Shown in pieces: positions 40,073 through 49,471 of a stretch of DNA of 64,000 bases (within the stretch, counting starts at the first letter, position 1; the number at the start of each line of letters is the position of its first letter). Source of the stretch: Parcubacteria group bacterium Gr01-1014_8 (GTDB lineage: Bacteria > Patescibacteriota > Minisyncoccia > Phycocordibacterales > UBA2100). A program made the translations under genes and the position numbers. Under the pieces are notes generated by a model that was given only the letters and a program-made list of their open reading frames with translations, was not told the origin of the DNA and did not search any database. The stretch covers positions 96,001-160,000 of the forward strand of contig VMGC01000001.1 of assembly GCA_007376385.1 (NCBI GenBank). The letters are read 5' to 3'.

Positions 40073-41338
40073 TTATACTACCGCACTCACGCCGCTCTTT
40101 TGCAGTTTCTCCAGCTCTTCCCTGGCAACTCCTGAATCGCTCCATGGTATTTTTGTTCCGCGCGGACCGTATATGCAGGGATCGGTACCTTTTCCTGTTA
40201 TAAGCACCGTATCGCTAGAGCGCGCGAGCTGGAGCGCATGCCTGATTGCTTCGCGGCGGTCCATACGAATTTCAGGAGACCTTTTCATGCCACGAGCAAG
40301 GCCCTCTACTATCGAGCGAGGATCTTCATCGCACGGGTCTTCGTTCGTCAAAATGACTGTTTCGCACATCCCATCAGCAATACTCCCCATCACGGGCCTT
40401 TTCCATATATCCCTGCCGCCGCCCATAGAACCGAGCACACAAATCTTTCGGCCGCGATATGCGCTGTAAATGGCGGCCAGGGAATCCGGCGTGTGCGCGT
40501 AATCAACAATGACGGTGAAATTTTGTCCTGCTTCCACGCGCTCCGCGCGCCCGGGTATATGCTTTAGCGAATCGAGGCCGCGAGCGATGACAGACGTTTT
40601 TATCTTCATAAGACGCGCCAGTGTCGCTGCCGCGAGGGCATTCGTTATGGAAAATGCACCGGGCAAATGTATGCGCAGTTCCTCTGTATCAAATTGGAAT
40701 ACGCCGCCGCGTTCATCCGTTGTCCATGAATCAAGAGAAGAAAGAGCGAATGGGATACAATGCTCTACTTGTAATCCCAGGAAACGAGAAGCCTGCGCGT
40801 CATCGGAGTTTGCCAGCATGTAGCGAGGTCTTTTGTGCGAACGTTCAAGCTGCAGTCCCAGCTGGAGTTTTGCATTGGCGTACTTTTGCAGTGACCCGTG
40901 GGATTCAATGTGTTCCGGTGCAAGGTTCAGAAAGATAAGCGCGTTCAGTTCGATTGCGCGATGACGATGTTGCCGGGCGCCTTCTGATGTCATTTCAATA
41001 AATGCAATGTTGCATCCTGCCCTCGATGCCAGGTAGAGGAATTTTTGGGTGAAAAAACGGCCCCCCATTGTCATGCGCATTAGATTCGGCTCAGAGTGCG
41101 AATCGATTTTCATTCTGATAGTGCTCACGAGCGCAGTTTTGTAGCCGGCTTCTTCAAAAATGGCGTTCAAAAATTCGATAGTGCTGGACTTGCCTTTCGT
41201 GCCAGTTACACCGACAACCATAAGTTCACGAGACGGAAACGCATACAGAGCGGCAGCGAACCACGCGAGAATGAAGTGATATGCAGAAAAAATTGGCGAT
41301 GGTATGACAGCGTGCAGGAGATTCTTCAAGGATCCCAT
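40073..41338 (-). CDS. Mur ligase family protein (MurE/MurF-like UDP-N-acetylmuramoyl-peptide ligase)
   Basis: VVGVTGTKGKSST P-loop. Start trimmed to MGSLKNLL (41338) to avoid overlap with ruvA. Central and C-terminal Mur-ligase domains by length. Confidence 0.65.
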   Translation of the reverse strand: MGSLKNLLHAVIPSPIFSAYHFILAWFAAALYAFPSRELMVVGVTGTKGKSSTIEFLNAIFEEAGYKTALVSTIRMKIDSHSEPNLMRMTMGGRFFTQKFLYLASRAGCNIAFIEMTSEGARQHRHRAIELNALIFLNLAPEHIESHGSLQKYANAKLQLGLQLERSHKRPRYMLANSDDAQASRFLGLQVEHCIPFALSSLDSWTTDERGGVFQFDTEELRIHLPGAFSITNALAAATLARLMKIKTSVIARGLDSLKHIPGRAERVEAGQNFTVIVDYAHTPDSLAAIYSAYRGRKICVLGSMGGGRDIWKRPVMGSIADGMCETVILTNEDPCDEDPRSIVEGLARGMKRSPEIRMDRREAIRHALQLARSSDTVLITGKGTDPCIYGPRGTKIPWSDSGVAREELEKLQKSGVSAVV

Positions 41339-41342
41339 ACGT

Positions 41343-41915
41343 TTATGCTGAGCCCAATATCTTAAGCGCTTCGCGCAGACGCTCGTTTGATTTTTCAATG
41401 CTGGACGGGACTTTTCGGAGCGCATCTCGCGCCTCCTGCGTCGAATATCCAAGAGCGCGCATAGCATCGAGTGCTTCCTCGTCGCCTTTAAGAGAGGCGC
41501 TTGTGCTCTCTGTTGCGCTGCCAACCTTGTCCCGTAATTCGAGCACTATCTTTTCCGCTGTTTTTTTGCCGATGCCTGATACCTTCGTCATATATTCTGC
41601 TTTTCCATGGACGATTGCGGAGCGGAGCGTCTCTATGGATGCGACATCAAGGATGGCAAGGGCGGATTTAGGACCGATCCCAGAGACAGTAAGAAGCAGC
41701 TCAAAAAAACGAAGCTCTTCTTCTTGCTCAAAGCCGTACAGGTCTAACGCGTCCTCGCGCACCGCAAGGTGCGTCCATAGGGATGCCTTCGCGCCTACGG
41801 AGAGGAGGGAAAGTATCTGTTTTGTTGCGGCGACCTTATAGCCCACTCCTCCGACGGAAATAATGGCACGTCCATCTCGGAGCGCTTTCACGATGCCTTC
41901 AAGGTGAGCGATCAT
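41343..41915 (-). CDS. ruvA: Holliday junction DNA helicase RuvA
   Basis: MIAHLEGIVK...ISVGGVGYKV N-terminal OB domain signature, HhH region. Confidence 0.85.
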   Translation of the reverse strand: MIAHLEGIVKALRDGRAIISVGGVGYKVAATKQILSLLSVGAKASLWTHLAVREDALDLYGFEQEEELRFFELLLTVSGIGPKSALAILDVASIETLRSAIVHGKAEYMTKVSGIGKKTAEKIVLELRDKVGSATESTSASLKGDEEALDAMRALGYSTQEARDALRKVPSSIEKSNERLREALKILGSA

Positions 41916-41996
41916 AGTTGTAAGTATCGAGTATCGCACCGTAAGTATCAAGCAGGCATTGCAAGGTACAGTGATATTAGGTAGTATCCCGCTGTT

Positions 41997-42260
41997 ATGG
42001 CGATCACAAGTTCCGCAAAGAAAGCCCAGCGCTCATCCCTAAAGCGGCGCGTTTTTAACGCTCGCAGAAAGAAAGCAATGAAGGATGTCGTGAAGGATGT
42101 CGCCCAATTGGTATCGAAGAAGGACTTGAAAGAGATTGCGCTGCTTCTTCCGAAGGTGTACCAGAACATTGATAAAGCGGCAAAGCGCGGCGTCATCAAG
42201 GCGAACGCAGCTGCCCGCATCAAATCGCGTCTCTCAAAGCGTATCGCGGCACTCTCCTAG
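41997..42260 (+). CDS. rpsT: 30S ribosomal protein S20
   Basis: MAITSSAKKAQRSSLKRRVFNARRKKAMKD...KANAAARIKSRLSKRIAAL. Confidence 0.85.
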   Translation: MAITSSAKKAQRSSLKRRVFNARRKKAMKDVVKDVAQLVSKKDLKEIALLLPKVYQNIDKAAKRGVIKANAAARIKSRLSKRIAALS

Positions 42261-42285
42261 ATTTTTTGCGTGAGATAATAGGTGC

Positions 42286-43374
42286 GTGAAAATCAACAAA
42301 GCGCTTGTGGTGCTTATTTTGGTTTCGCTGCTCATTTTCTTGAGCGTTGCTCTCGTTGTGTTGGCGTTTTCGAATAAGGTTTCCATTGAGAGTTTCTTTA
42401 CTGGCAGAAAAGCATCAAAAGAGCTGAAAACAACGATCGCATCGTCGCAGCCGGAAAAGTGCCCGCAGGACTCTACACATTTCGAATGCCTTGAGCGCTA
42501 CTACAGTGCGCTCGTCACACTAAACGGTGTCACTGCTGCGTTTGATGATTTGCGCATGCGTCAAGAAAAAGACGAGTTCATACGAGACCAGTGTCATCCT
42601 CTTGCGCACGTGATAGGACGAGCGGCGGCGATGCTCTATCCTTCGGTGTGCGAAGCGTTCAATGACGGCGATGCAACGTGTTGGTCAGGTTATTACCACG
42701 GGGTGATGGAAACAACCGCAGAAAATATCGGACGAGACGGTATTGAACAGCAATTGAATGATATGTGCGCAGGAATTCCGCGCGATGGAAATAATTGGCT
42801 GCACTATTTTTACTGTGTCCATGGGCTTGGACATGACATCATGGCTATTTTAAATGACGAACTCTTCGAGTCGCTTGAAATATGCGACACATTGCGCGGT
42901 TCCTGGGAGCGGGATTCATGTGTAGGCGGTGCATTTATGGAAAATGTCATTGCCGATCATAGTGGCCACAAAACAAAATACTTAGACGCCGAGCGGCCGC
43001 TATATCCATGCACCGATGTACAGGAGCGATTCAAGGAGCAGTGTTATTTGAATCAAAGCTCGTACATGCTCAAGATACTTGGAGGAGATTTCGTGCAAGC
43101 CTTTGATCTATGTGGATCGGCGGGAGAACCGTATGCCAACAGGTGCTATGAATCGCTTGGGCGGGATGCCGTAAGTTACGGAAAAAGCGAGCCTTCACTT
43201 ATTTTTGAACTATGTGACAAGGCGATAACGGACGAGCAGCGTGCGCACTGCGTCATAGGAGTCGTCGATTTTCTTGTTACCTACGAACCTAAAGAACACG
43301 CGGAACAATTTTGCGCAATTTTTTTAGGCTCTTTGCAGAGCGAGTGTACGGCTCGCATCGAATCGCATCTCTGA
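42286..43374 (+). CDS. Membrane-anchored Cys-rich hypothetical protein
   Basis: GTG start, N-terminal TM LVVLILVSLLIFLSVALVVLAF, ~14 Cys in ectodomain. Confidence 0.5.
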   Translation: MKINKALVVLILVSLLIFLSVALVVLAFSNKVSIESFFTGRKASKELKTTIASSQPEKCPQDSTHFECLERYYSALVTLNGVTAAFDDLRMRQEKDEFIRDQCHPLAHVIGRAAAMLYPSVCEAFNDGDATCWSGYYHGVMETTAENIGRDGIEQQLNDMCAGIPRDGNNWLHYFYCVHGLGHDIMAILNDELFESLEICDTLRGSWERDSCVGGAFMENVIADHSGHKTKYLDAERPLYPCTDVQERFKEQCYLNQSSYMLKILGGDFVQAFDLCGSAGEPYANRCYESLGRDAVSYGKSEPSLIFELCDKAITDEQRAHCVIGVVDFLVTYEPKEHAEQFCAIFLGSLQSECTARIESHL

Positions 43375-43433
43375 AAGCCCATGAAGCCTCTCTCGTGATT
43401 ATTTCTGAAAAAAGTCCGTGTTAGTGTGTTTAG

Positions 43434-44924
43434 GTGGTAACTTCAACGTTCGCGAAGTTTCGGCTTCCTCGCGTTGCGACGCTCGATGACCTTTTTGGCA
43501 TTGACGTTCGTTCATTGGCGCTTGTTCGTGTTTCGATAGGTGCGCTTATCCTCTACGATCTTTTTGTGCGGGCCATCTCCCTCACGGAACATTATGGAGA
43601 CAACGGCGTTTTTTCAAGTGCGCTCATCCAATCGTACTGGCCGTTCGAATATGCTTGGTCGCTTCATCTGCTGGCGGGCGGGCCGCTCGTCGTGGTCGTT
43701 ACATGTTTCATCGTACATGCATGCGCAACCGCGGCTCTCTTGGTGGGATATAAAACACGCATCGCAACATTTCTGACTTTCATGCTCCAAATATCGCTGT
43801 ACCACGCGAATCCGATACTTTTATACGGAGTAGACGATATCATTCGCACGGTTTTATTCGTTGGGATCTTTTTGCCGTGGGGCGCTGCGTACTCCTTCGA
43901 TAGTTACTTTCGGCAAACTGCCTCACCCCATAAGCGAGCGTTATCCATGTGGACGGCGGCTTTTTTGCTTCAACTCGGTTTTTATTACTTGTTCGCCGCG
44001 TCAACAAAAATTGGTCCCGAATGGCTAGACGGCAGCGCCGTCTATTACGCCCTTTCATTTATTCCGGACCAGACATCGCTCGGCGTCTTTATGATGCAGT
44101 TCCCACATCTGCTAACGCTTGCCACGTTCGGTGTTCTGATCCTGCAAAGCATCGCGCTCATTCTCTTATTCAGTCCTATTTTTACAATGTCGCTACGTTT
44201 GCTCGCTCTCGGAGCGCTTATCGGTATGCACGCCTCATTCGGCGTTTTACTTCAGCTCGGGATCTTTTCCTGGGTTGCGATAGCTGCGCTCCTTGCTTTC
44301 ATGCCCTCTTTTTTTTGGGATGCAATCGAACATTACCTCGGAAGAAACCCGCCAATAGCAAAAACTCTTAAAAGTGAGGAACAAAAAACGATTTTCCAGG
44401 CGTTATGTGAGGCGACAGCAGCTATGCTCGGCTTTTTATACATCGTGTACATTTTCACGTGGCAAGCGAGCAATTCCACTTTTTTTCAGTCAGATGTTCA
44501 TTTTCCGAATGGATTGGTTGTTGTTGCAAAAGTACTTAGAATCGATCAGACATCCGGACTTTTTGCTCCCTCCCCACCTCGTTCGAGCGGGTGGTATGTC
44601 ATTTCTGGACAATTGGCGGATGGCGAAGAAATTGATCTTCTTCGGGATGGTGCGCCGGCAACATATGAGCGCTCTGATAGCATGGAAGCTGTTCATCGAA
44701 CGTATCGAGTACAGTCGTTTATGTTGAACACCATGAGCTGGCGATATCCAGAGTATCGCCCAACGTACGCAGCATATTTGTGTAAAAAGTGGAATGAAAA
44801 TAATTTTGAGTCTCGAAGACTCCTGCAGGTAAAATTAATTTATATGGCAATCGAGACTCCGGAGCCGGGAATACCGCCGTCTCCCGTCGAGCGTGTAACA
44901 TTGTATGAACAGACGTGCAGTTAG
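43434..44924 (+). CDS. HTTM-domain (vitamin K-dependent gamma-carboxylase-like) polytopic membrane protein
   Basis: N-terminal LDDLFGIDVRSLALVRVSIGALILYDL is the hallmark HTTM opening motif, followed by many TM helices. Confidence 0.6.
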   Translation: MVTSTFAKFRLPRVATLDDLFGIDVRSLALVRVSIGALILYDLFVRAISLTEHYGDNGVFSSALIQSYWPFEYAWSLHLLAGGPLVVVVTCFIVHACATAALLVGYKTRIATFLTFMLQISLYHANPILLYGVDDIIRTVLFVGIFLPWGAAYSFDSYFRQTASPHKRALSMWTAAFLLQLGFYYLFAASTKIGPEWLDGSAVYYALSFIPDQTSLGVFMMQFPHLLTLATFGVLILQSIALILLFSPIFTMSLRLLALGALIGMHASFGVLLQLGIFSWVAIAALLAFMPSFFWDAIEHYLGRNPPIAKTLKSEEQKTIFQALCEATAAMLGFLYIVYIFTWQASNSTFFQSDVHFPNGLVVVAKVLRIDQTSGLFAPSPPRSSGWYVISGQLADGEEIDLLRDGAPATYERSDSMEAVHRTYRVQSFMLNTMSWRYPEYRPTYAAYLCKKWNENNFESRRLLQVKLIYMAIETPEPGIPPSPVERVTLYEQTCS

Positions 44925-45224
44925 GAACGCACCTCTCTGTGCAGTATTCTTGAATTAGTCCGAACGCACTTTTCCGAAAAAATCCTCCCGCGAAAATTCG
45001 GAAAGGCGGCGCCTGCCCGCCGAAGCCTCGGCGCAGGCGGGGAGCCGCACCGCTGTAGATTTTCTTGCGTAAAGTATATATCTCATATTGTTTGTGGATC
45101 AAGGATCAAAAAATTTTCTTCCCCCAAAATGCGAAACCGTGAATTTGTTTTTACCCCCAAAATCCAATACAAATTAGTCGCCGAGCGAAGCGAGGCGAAC
45201 CAAAACTCTTTGACTTTTCCTTTC

Positions 45225-45299
45225 TGGTGCCCTCGGCAGGAATCGAACCTGCATTTCTTCCTTCGCAGGGAAGTGTCCTATCCATTGAACGACGAGAGC
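45225..45299 (-). tRNA. tRNA-Arg (anticodon GCG), CCA encoded
   Basis: rc folds: acceptor gctctcg/cgagggc, D arm gttc-aatggata-ggac, anticodon arm cttcc-ctgcgaa-ggaag, T arm gcagg-ttcgatt-cctgc, 3' acca. Confidence 0.6.
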
Positions 45300-45985
45300 G
45301 GAGCGCCAGCAATCTTTTCCTGAATCGCGTACGCAAAGCCGAGTATCTCCTTTCTTATACTGCTGTCAAGGTAACAGATAAAACAGAGACCCATGAAATT
45401 CTGTCGGAATTTCCTCATCTTACTTCTCGGTTTGATCCAAATCTTGCCAGTTTGAGATAGCGGAATTTTTGTTAGTTTTGACCAGTAGTTCTTCGTCTTT
45501 TCTATATCGTGGTAGTGATGGACATGAATCCGCAATCGTAACCTTTTTTCGTCGATCGTGTAACACTTTCGGAGCAAAGCCATGTAAAGGAATATCATTT
45601 TAGGATCGGTGTTTGCGAAGCGGAGTCCCGAAACCTTGTTGTGTTTTGTCCCCTCCGCCCAATACAGCATCGCAAGAAGAGATTTCATATATGTCATATC
45701 TTTGTGCGTGATTAGTTTTGCCATTTCTTTTCCGCGCAAAACATAAACCTTGTCACGTTTTTCTTTTGCGGCTCGTAGAGAAGAGGCCGAGATTGTACGG
45801 GCACGTTTGAGATGTTCCAAGCGCAATGTTTCGGTAAATACTCCGGGGTATTTATGACCAAGCCATGTACACAATGTGCTCCTTGGTATCGACAGTTCTC
45901 TTTGAATTTGCAAATATGATTTTCCACTTCTGCGCAATTTTGCGGCAGTTTCTTTTACTGCTTCAGAATAAAAAGTACCACGCAT
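45278..45985 (-). CDS. HTH + LAGLIDADG-like (single-motif) putative homing endonuclease / DNA-binding protein
   Basis: N-terminal HTH KSYLQIQRELSIPRSTLCTWL. LAMLYWAEGTK...GLRFANTDPKMIFLYMALLRK resembles a degenerate LAGLIDADG motif and its following helix. 3' end overlaps tRNA-Arg 5' end by ~22 nt. Confidence 0.45.
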   Translation of the reverse strand: MRGTFYSEAVKETAAKLRRSGKSYLQIQRELSIPRSTLCTWLGHKYPGVFTETLRLEHLKRARTISASSLRAAKEKRDKVYVLRGKEMAKLITHKDMTYMKSLLAMLYWAEGTKHNKVSGLRFANTDPKMIFLYMALLRKCYTIDEKRLRLRIHVHHYHDIEKTKNYWSKLTKIPLSQTGKIWIKPRSKMRKFRQNFMGLCFICYLDSSIRKEILGFAYAIQEKIAGAPLSSFNG

Positions 45986-46109
45986 AAAAACAATACGCTT
46001 CCAATCGTACAGTATAGATACACTACAGGTCAGTATCTATATTCGTTCTTTGTGGATAGCTGCGGTTTCCACAGATGTTCATTGCGCGAGGAACTTGTAG
46101 GGCGCATCA

Positions 46110-47984
46110 TTGGGGCACATGTCCCCCGGGAACTCTCTTGTTGCTGGAGTTGTTTTGGTTGGCCTCTTGGGTTCTCTTGCGGTTGCGCTGCAATCTTCTA
46201 ATCCCAATGTAGAATCCGTCGAACAAGTGGCTGCAGCAAAGTTTGCTGAAGGTCCGCCTCCGGCGATCAAGACAAAAACCGGTGGGACACAAGTCGGAAA
46301 AATGGAACAATGTGATTCTGGGACCGAGCATCGAATTATCGAGACGGGGACAGGACAAGGGTATAGATTTGAGCGAAAAGTGACAGATGCACAGTTAAAA
46401 AAAGATTGCGAAGAGAAAAAAAAGACAGGAGATATTTGCAAAGGCACGGTTAAGTTTTGCCTTGATCCAAGATTGCAAGGCGATGCGAAAGCAAAATCTG
46501 ACGCGGGCAAGGGCCCCGAAGTTGATTGCGGCAATATTAATGAAAAATGTGTCCCAGGAGCAGCAATAAATCCGAATGAGGTACGAAAGAGTCACGCGCC
46601 GGGTGTTTTGAAGGATAATTACTTGGCAGCGGTGAAGGCCGGAGACAAACAGATGGCGGATGCAATTAAGACAGCTGCGCAAGCGAATCCGGAATATAGT
46701 AAAGTGCTCGATTCGTTTATAGATGAGGATATAAAAGCCGTCGATGAAGATAAGGGACTTAAAGTTAAAGATTTAAATAGCGTTGAAGAGCAGCTTGCTA
46801 ATCTTAACGCGCAAGCAAATTGTGCCGGCGAGACAACCGATGAAGGGTATTCGGCCTGCATGATGAAGCAAGGACAAATGAAAGATGATCTTTTGAAACA
46901 ACAGTCAGATCTCAAAAAGCAGATTGTGGATCTTGAAGAACAAAAGAAACGACTTGCTGAGGCAAAAGTTGCCTTAAAGGCGCCTGCTGCCCCTCAAAGT
47001 CCACAATCACCTCAGAGTCCTCAATCTCCGCAAAGTCCACAGGCTCCCCAGTCGCCGCAAAGTCCTCAGAGTCCTTACAATCCGCAGTCACCGCAAAGCC
47101 CTCAATCGACGTTCCCTCAGCAAGGACAGCAACCGCAGGCGGGAAAAGGCGGCCAGCAAAAAGGTGGAGGCGGTGGGAGCCAACCACAGCCGCGGCCAAA
47201 CCCTGTCCAGCAGTGCCAGCAAGGGCAATATCAGTCGGTACAACAACAGCAGTATTCGTATTGTACGAACGGCGAGAATGGTCCCGGGATATACACGTAC
47301 AACAGCTACACGTGTAAGTATCAACTCGCGCAGCAGTGCCCGTACGGCTGCGCCGGCGTCGGCTCCGCTTCGAATCCGACTTACTACGTGACCAATCCCG
47401 GCGGGCAAAGCAATTCCTGTGCGCCTGCTCCAAACACGCAACCGCAACAGCCGACTGCGGAATTGAAATGCGGCGGCTCGGGCAAGCGTGATGTGGGCAT
47501 GAAGGTGCCAATCTCGTATACGTGCGGCAATTCGGTGAAAGCAACGGCAAGCGGATTCACGATCTCGAGCGAGACGACTTTGTCGGGCTCTGCTGAGCCG
47601 GAAATCAAGAAGCCTCCGCGAGGAACGAACATTGTCACCTACGGGCTTACGTGCACATCTTCAAATGGTCAGACTGCGACCGGAAAATGTGACGTCGAGA
47701 TAAACGTTACGTCGCTCATTTTTGTCTCAAACCCACAGAAACTTGATCTAAGCGAAGATGAAGATGACAAGGCGTTACTCGGATGGGTTACCAAAGGTAT
47801 GAAATCATGCCATGTCAGCAGCGATGCGTTCTCTGAATTCACGCAGGAGAACGAGAGTAACGATAGTGTGTCAGGCACAGTGAAAACTCCTGTCTTGACG
47901 GGTGACGCAACATTTGAATTGACGTGCGAGACGAATGGCGGTCAAGAAAAGTCGATTGAGCTCACCATCGACGTCGAGGCGTAA
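46110..47984 (+). CDS. Secreted coiled-coil protein with (SPQ)n tandem repeat and Q-rich linker, Cys-containing C-terminal domain
   Basis: N-terminal TM/signal LVAGVVLVGLLGSLAVAL. APAAPQSPQSPQSPQSPQSPQAPQSPQSPQSPYNPQSPQSPQS encoded by a 9-nt periodic DNA repeat at ~46990-47110. Confidence 0.55.
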   Translation: MGHMSPGNSLVAGVVLVGLLGSLAVALQSSNPNVESVEQVAAAKFAEGPPPAIKTKTGGTQVGKMEQCDSGTEHRIIETGTGQGYRFERKVTDAQLKKDCEEKKKTGDICKGTVKFCLDPRLQGDAKAKSDAGKGPEVDCGNINEKCVPGAAINPNEVRKSHAPGVLKDNYLAAVKAGDKQMADAIKTAAQANPEYSKVLDSFIDEDIKAVDEDKGLKVKDLNSVEEQLANLNAQANCAGETTDEGYSACMMKQGQMKDDLLKQQSDLKKQIVDLEEQKKRLAEAKVALKAPAAPQSPQSPQSPQSPQSPQAPQSPQSPQSPYNPQSPQSPQSTFPQQGQQPQAGKGGQQKGGGGGSQPQPRPNPVQQCQQGQYQSVQQQQYSYCTNGENGPGIYTYNSYTCKYQLAQQCPYGCAGVGSASNPTYYVTNPGGQSNSCAPAPNTQPQQPTAELKCGGSGKRDVGMKVPISYTCGNSVKATASGFTISSETTLSGSAEPEIKKPPRGTNIVTYGLTCTSSNGQTATGKCDVEINVTSLIFVSNPQKLDLSEDEDDKALLGWVTKGMKSCHVSSDAFSEFTQENESNDSVSGTVKTPVLTGDATFELTCETNGGQEKSIELTIDVEA

Positions 47985-47990
47985 CTCTTT

Positions 47991-48467
47991 CTAGAAGCCA
48001 AAGAATTCCAGTATTTTGTGTGCGAGAGGCTCTTTCATCGGGACTTCAGGCGCGCGTTCGCGCAAATATGCGCGTATTTCCTCGGGGTTTGCGCCGCCGA
48101 TGGGTATGACGAGATTCGGCGACATGAATTTAACCGTATCAACAAGAAGAAGCGGCTCTTCTTCTTGGTTTTCGGTCTCGACCCAGAACGCAAGTATTTC
48201 TTCGTATGTGTGCAATGTAGAGCTGACCGTGATGCCGCGCTCCGATATCTCGAAATCATGCAATTCGGGCGGGGTCTGCGCGATAAGCGCGATAACGCCT
48301 GCCGCAACAATAATGAGAAGTGCAAAGAGAACATTTCCAAAGAGGAGAGAGGTTACTGCCGCACACACTGCTATGATACCGAGCGCCCAAAACCAATCGC
48401 TCGAGCGTTCGATGTGTTCGTGTTCATATGCGCTCCAGCGTATCGGAGAAGCGGAAGATTCCGGCAT
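47991..48467 (-). CDS. Hypothetical two-TM membrane protein
   Basis: WFWALGIIAVCAAVTSLLFGNVLFALLIIVAAGVIALIA hydrophobic hairpin. Convergent with upstream gene. Confidence 0.45.
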   Translation of the reverse strand: MPESSASPIRWSAYEHEHIERSSDWFWALGIIAVCAAVTSLLFGNVLFALLIIVAAGVIALIAQTPPELHDFEISERGITVSSTLHTYEEILAFWVETENQEEEPLLLVDTVKFMSPNLVIPIGGANPEEIRAYLRERAPEVPMKEPLAHKILEFFGF

Positions 48468-48542
48468 GACAACATTGTACTATGAGAAAAATTCCTCTTT
48501 TGATGTTGGTGCCGAGAATGTGAGCATGGTACAACAATCCGT

Positions 48543-48628
48543 GGAGGGGTCGCATAGCGGTCTAGTGCAGCGGTCTTGAAAACCGCCAGGTCTAATAGGC
48601 CTCGCGAGTTCGAATCTCGCCCCCTCCG
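48543..48628 (+). tRNA. tRNA-Ser (anticodon TGA)
   Basis: Acceptor ggagggg/cccctcc, anticodon arm gcggt-cttgaaa-accgc, long variable arm ggtct-aat-aggcc, T arm gcgag-ttcgaat-ctcgc. Confidence 0.7.
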
Positions 48629-48638
48629 CAGAAAACGT

Positions 48639-49049
48639 ATGACCCGGATCATGGTGTTTGGAACTTTCGATATGGTCCACGAGGGCCATGTAAATCTTTT
48701 TCAGCAAGCACGCTCTCTTGCGCCTGCCCCATTCTTGATTGTTTCAGTCGCCCGTGATGCTGTCGCGACGCGTATCAAGGGCTTCGCGCCGCAGCACCTT
48801 GAAGATGAGCGTCGCGCCCTTGTCAAGAAAAATGTGCTCGTAGATAAAGCAGTTCTCGGAGATAAAAAAGGTTTCGTTGAACATATTGCGCATGAAACTC
48901 CAGACATTATTGCGCTCGGATATGACCAGAGCGGTGAATACGTCGACGGGCTTGAAGCAAAACTAGGAGAGATGGGACTTTTCCCAAAGATAGTTCGGTT
49001 GCAGCCGTACAAGCCGGAGACTTTCAAAACGTCTATACTTCGGCAATAG
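48639..49049 (+). CDS. Cytidylyltransferase-like nucleotidyltransferase (FMN adenylyltransferase/RibL-like)
   Basis: [20 protein letters not shown] = (H/T)xGH nucleotidyltransferase motif. 137 aa. Confidence 0.6.
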   Translation: MTRIMVFGTFDMVHEGHVNLFQQARSLAPAPFLIVSVARDAVATRIKGFAPQHLEDERRALVKKNVLVDKAVLGDKKGFVEHIAHETPDIIALGYDQSGEYVDGLEAKLGEMGLFPKIVRLQPYKPETFKTSILRQ

Positions 49050-49057
49050 TATCGGGT

Positions 49058-49447
49058 ATGCGTTATCTTGGAATTGATTATGGGACGAAGGGCGTCGGGC
49101 TCGCAATCTCTGACGAGAGTGCGCAGTTTGCATTTCCATTCGCTGTTTTTCCGAATGATCAAAAACTCCTCGAAAATATCTTGGACGTTATACACGATAT
49201 GAATATCGCTCAGATAATTGTCGGCGACACTCGTGCGGAAGGCGGAGCTTCGAATAGGATAACTGAAGAAGCGGAACAATTCATGTCTGACCTTGCTGGT
49301 GCGATCAACCTTCAAGTGCACCGTGTGCGCGAGGCGTGGAGCTCTGTCGAAGCGTCTCGTTTTGCACCGAAGGGAAAAGAAAGAGATGATGCGGCTGCTG
49401 CCGCGATCATTCTTCAGCGATTTTTAGATGTCCACAAAGCAGTGTAG
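49058..49447 (+). CDS. yqgF: YqgF/RuvX putative Holliday junction resolvase / pre-16S rRNA nuclease
   Basis: MRYLGIDYGTKGVGLAISD start, RNase H-like fold length. Confidence 0.8.
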   Translation: MRYLGIDYGTKGVGLAISDESAQFAFPFAVFPNDQKLLENILDVIHDMNIAQIIVGDTRAEGGASNRITEEAEQFMSDLAGAINLQVHRVREAWSSVEASRFAPKGKERDDAAAAAIILQRFLDVHKAV

Positions 49448-49471
49448 CTACTTCCACTGTAGTGATACGAT

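Noticed and set aside
41339-41524. N-terminal extension of the Mur ligase ORF
   Set aside because: It overlaps ruvA. The internal Met at 41338 gives a clean stop-to-start junction.
44925-45224. A third copy of the tRNA-linked element 3' of tRNA-Arg(GCG)
   Set aside because: There is only a weak gcgaggcg match, on the wrong strand relative to the tRNA, and no duplicated tRNA end.
45129-45336. ORFs 45129..45323 (+) and 45151..45336 (-)
   Set aside because: Both overlap a well-folding tRNA-Arg gene, so they are spurious.
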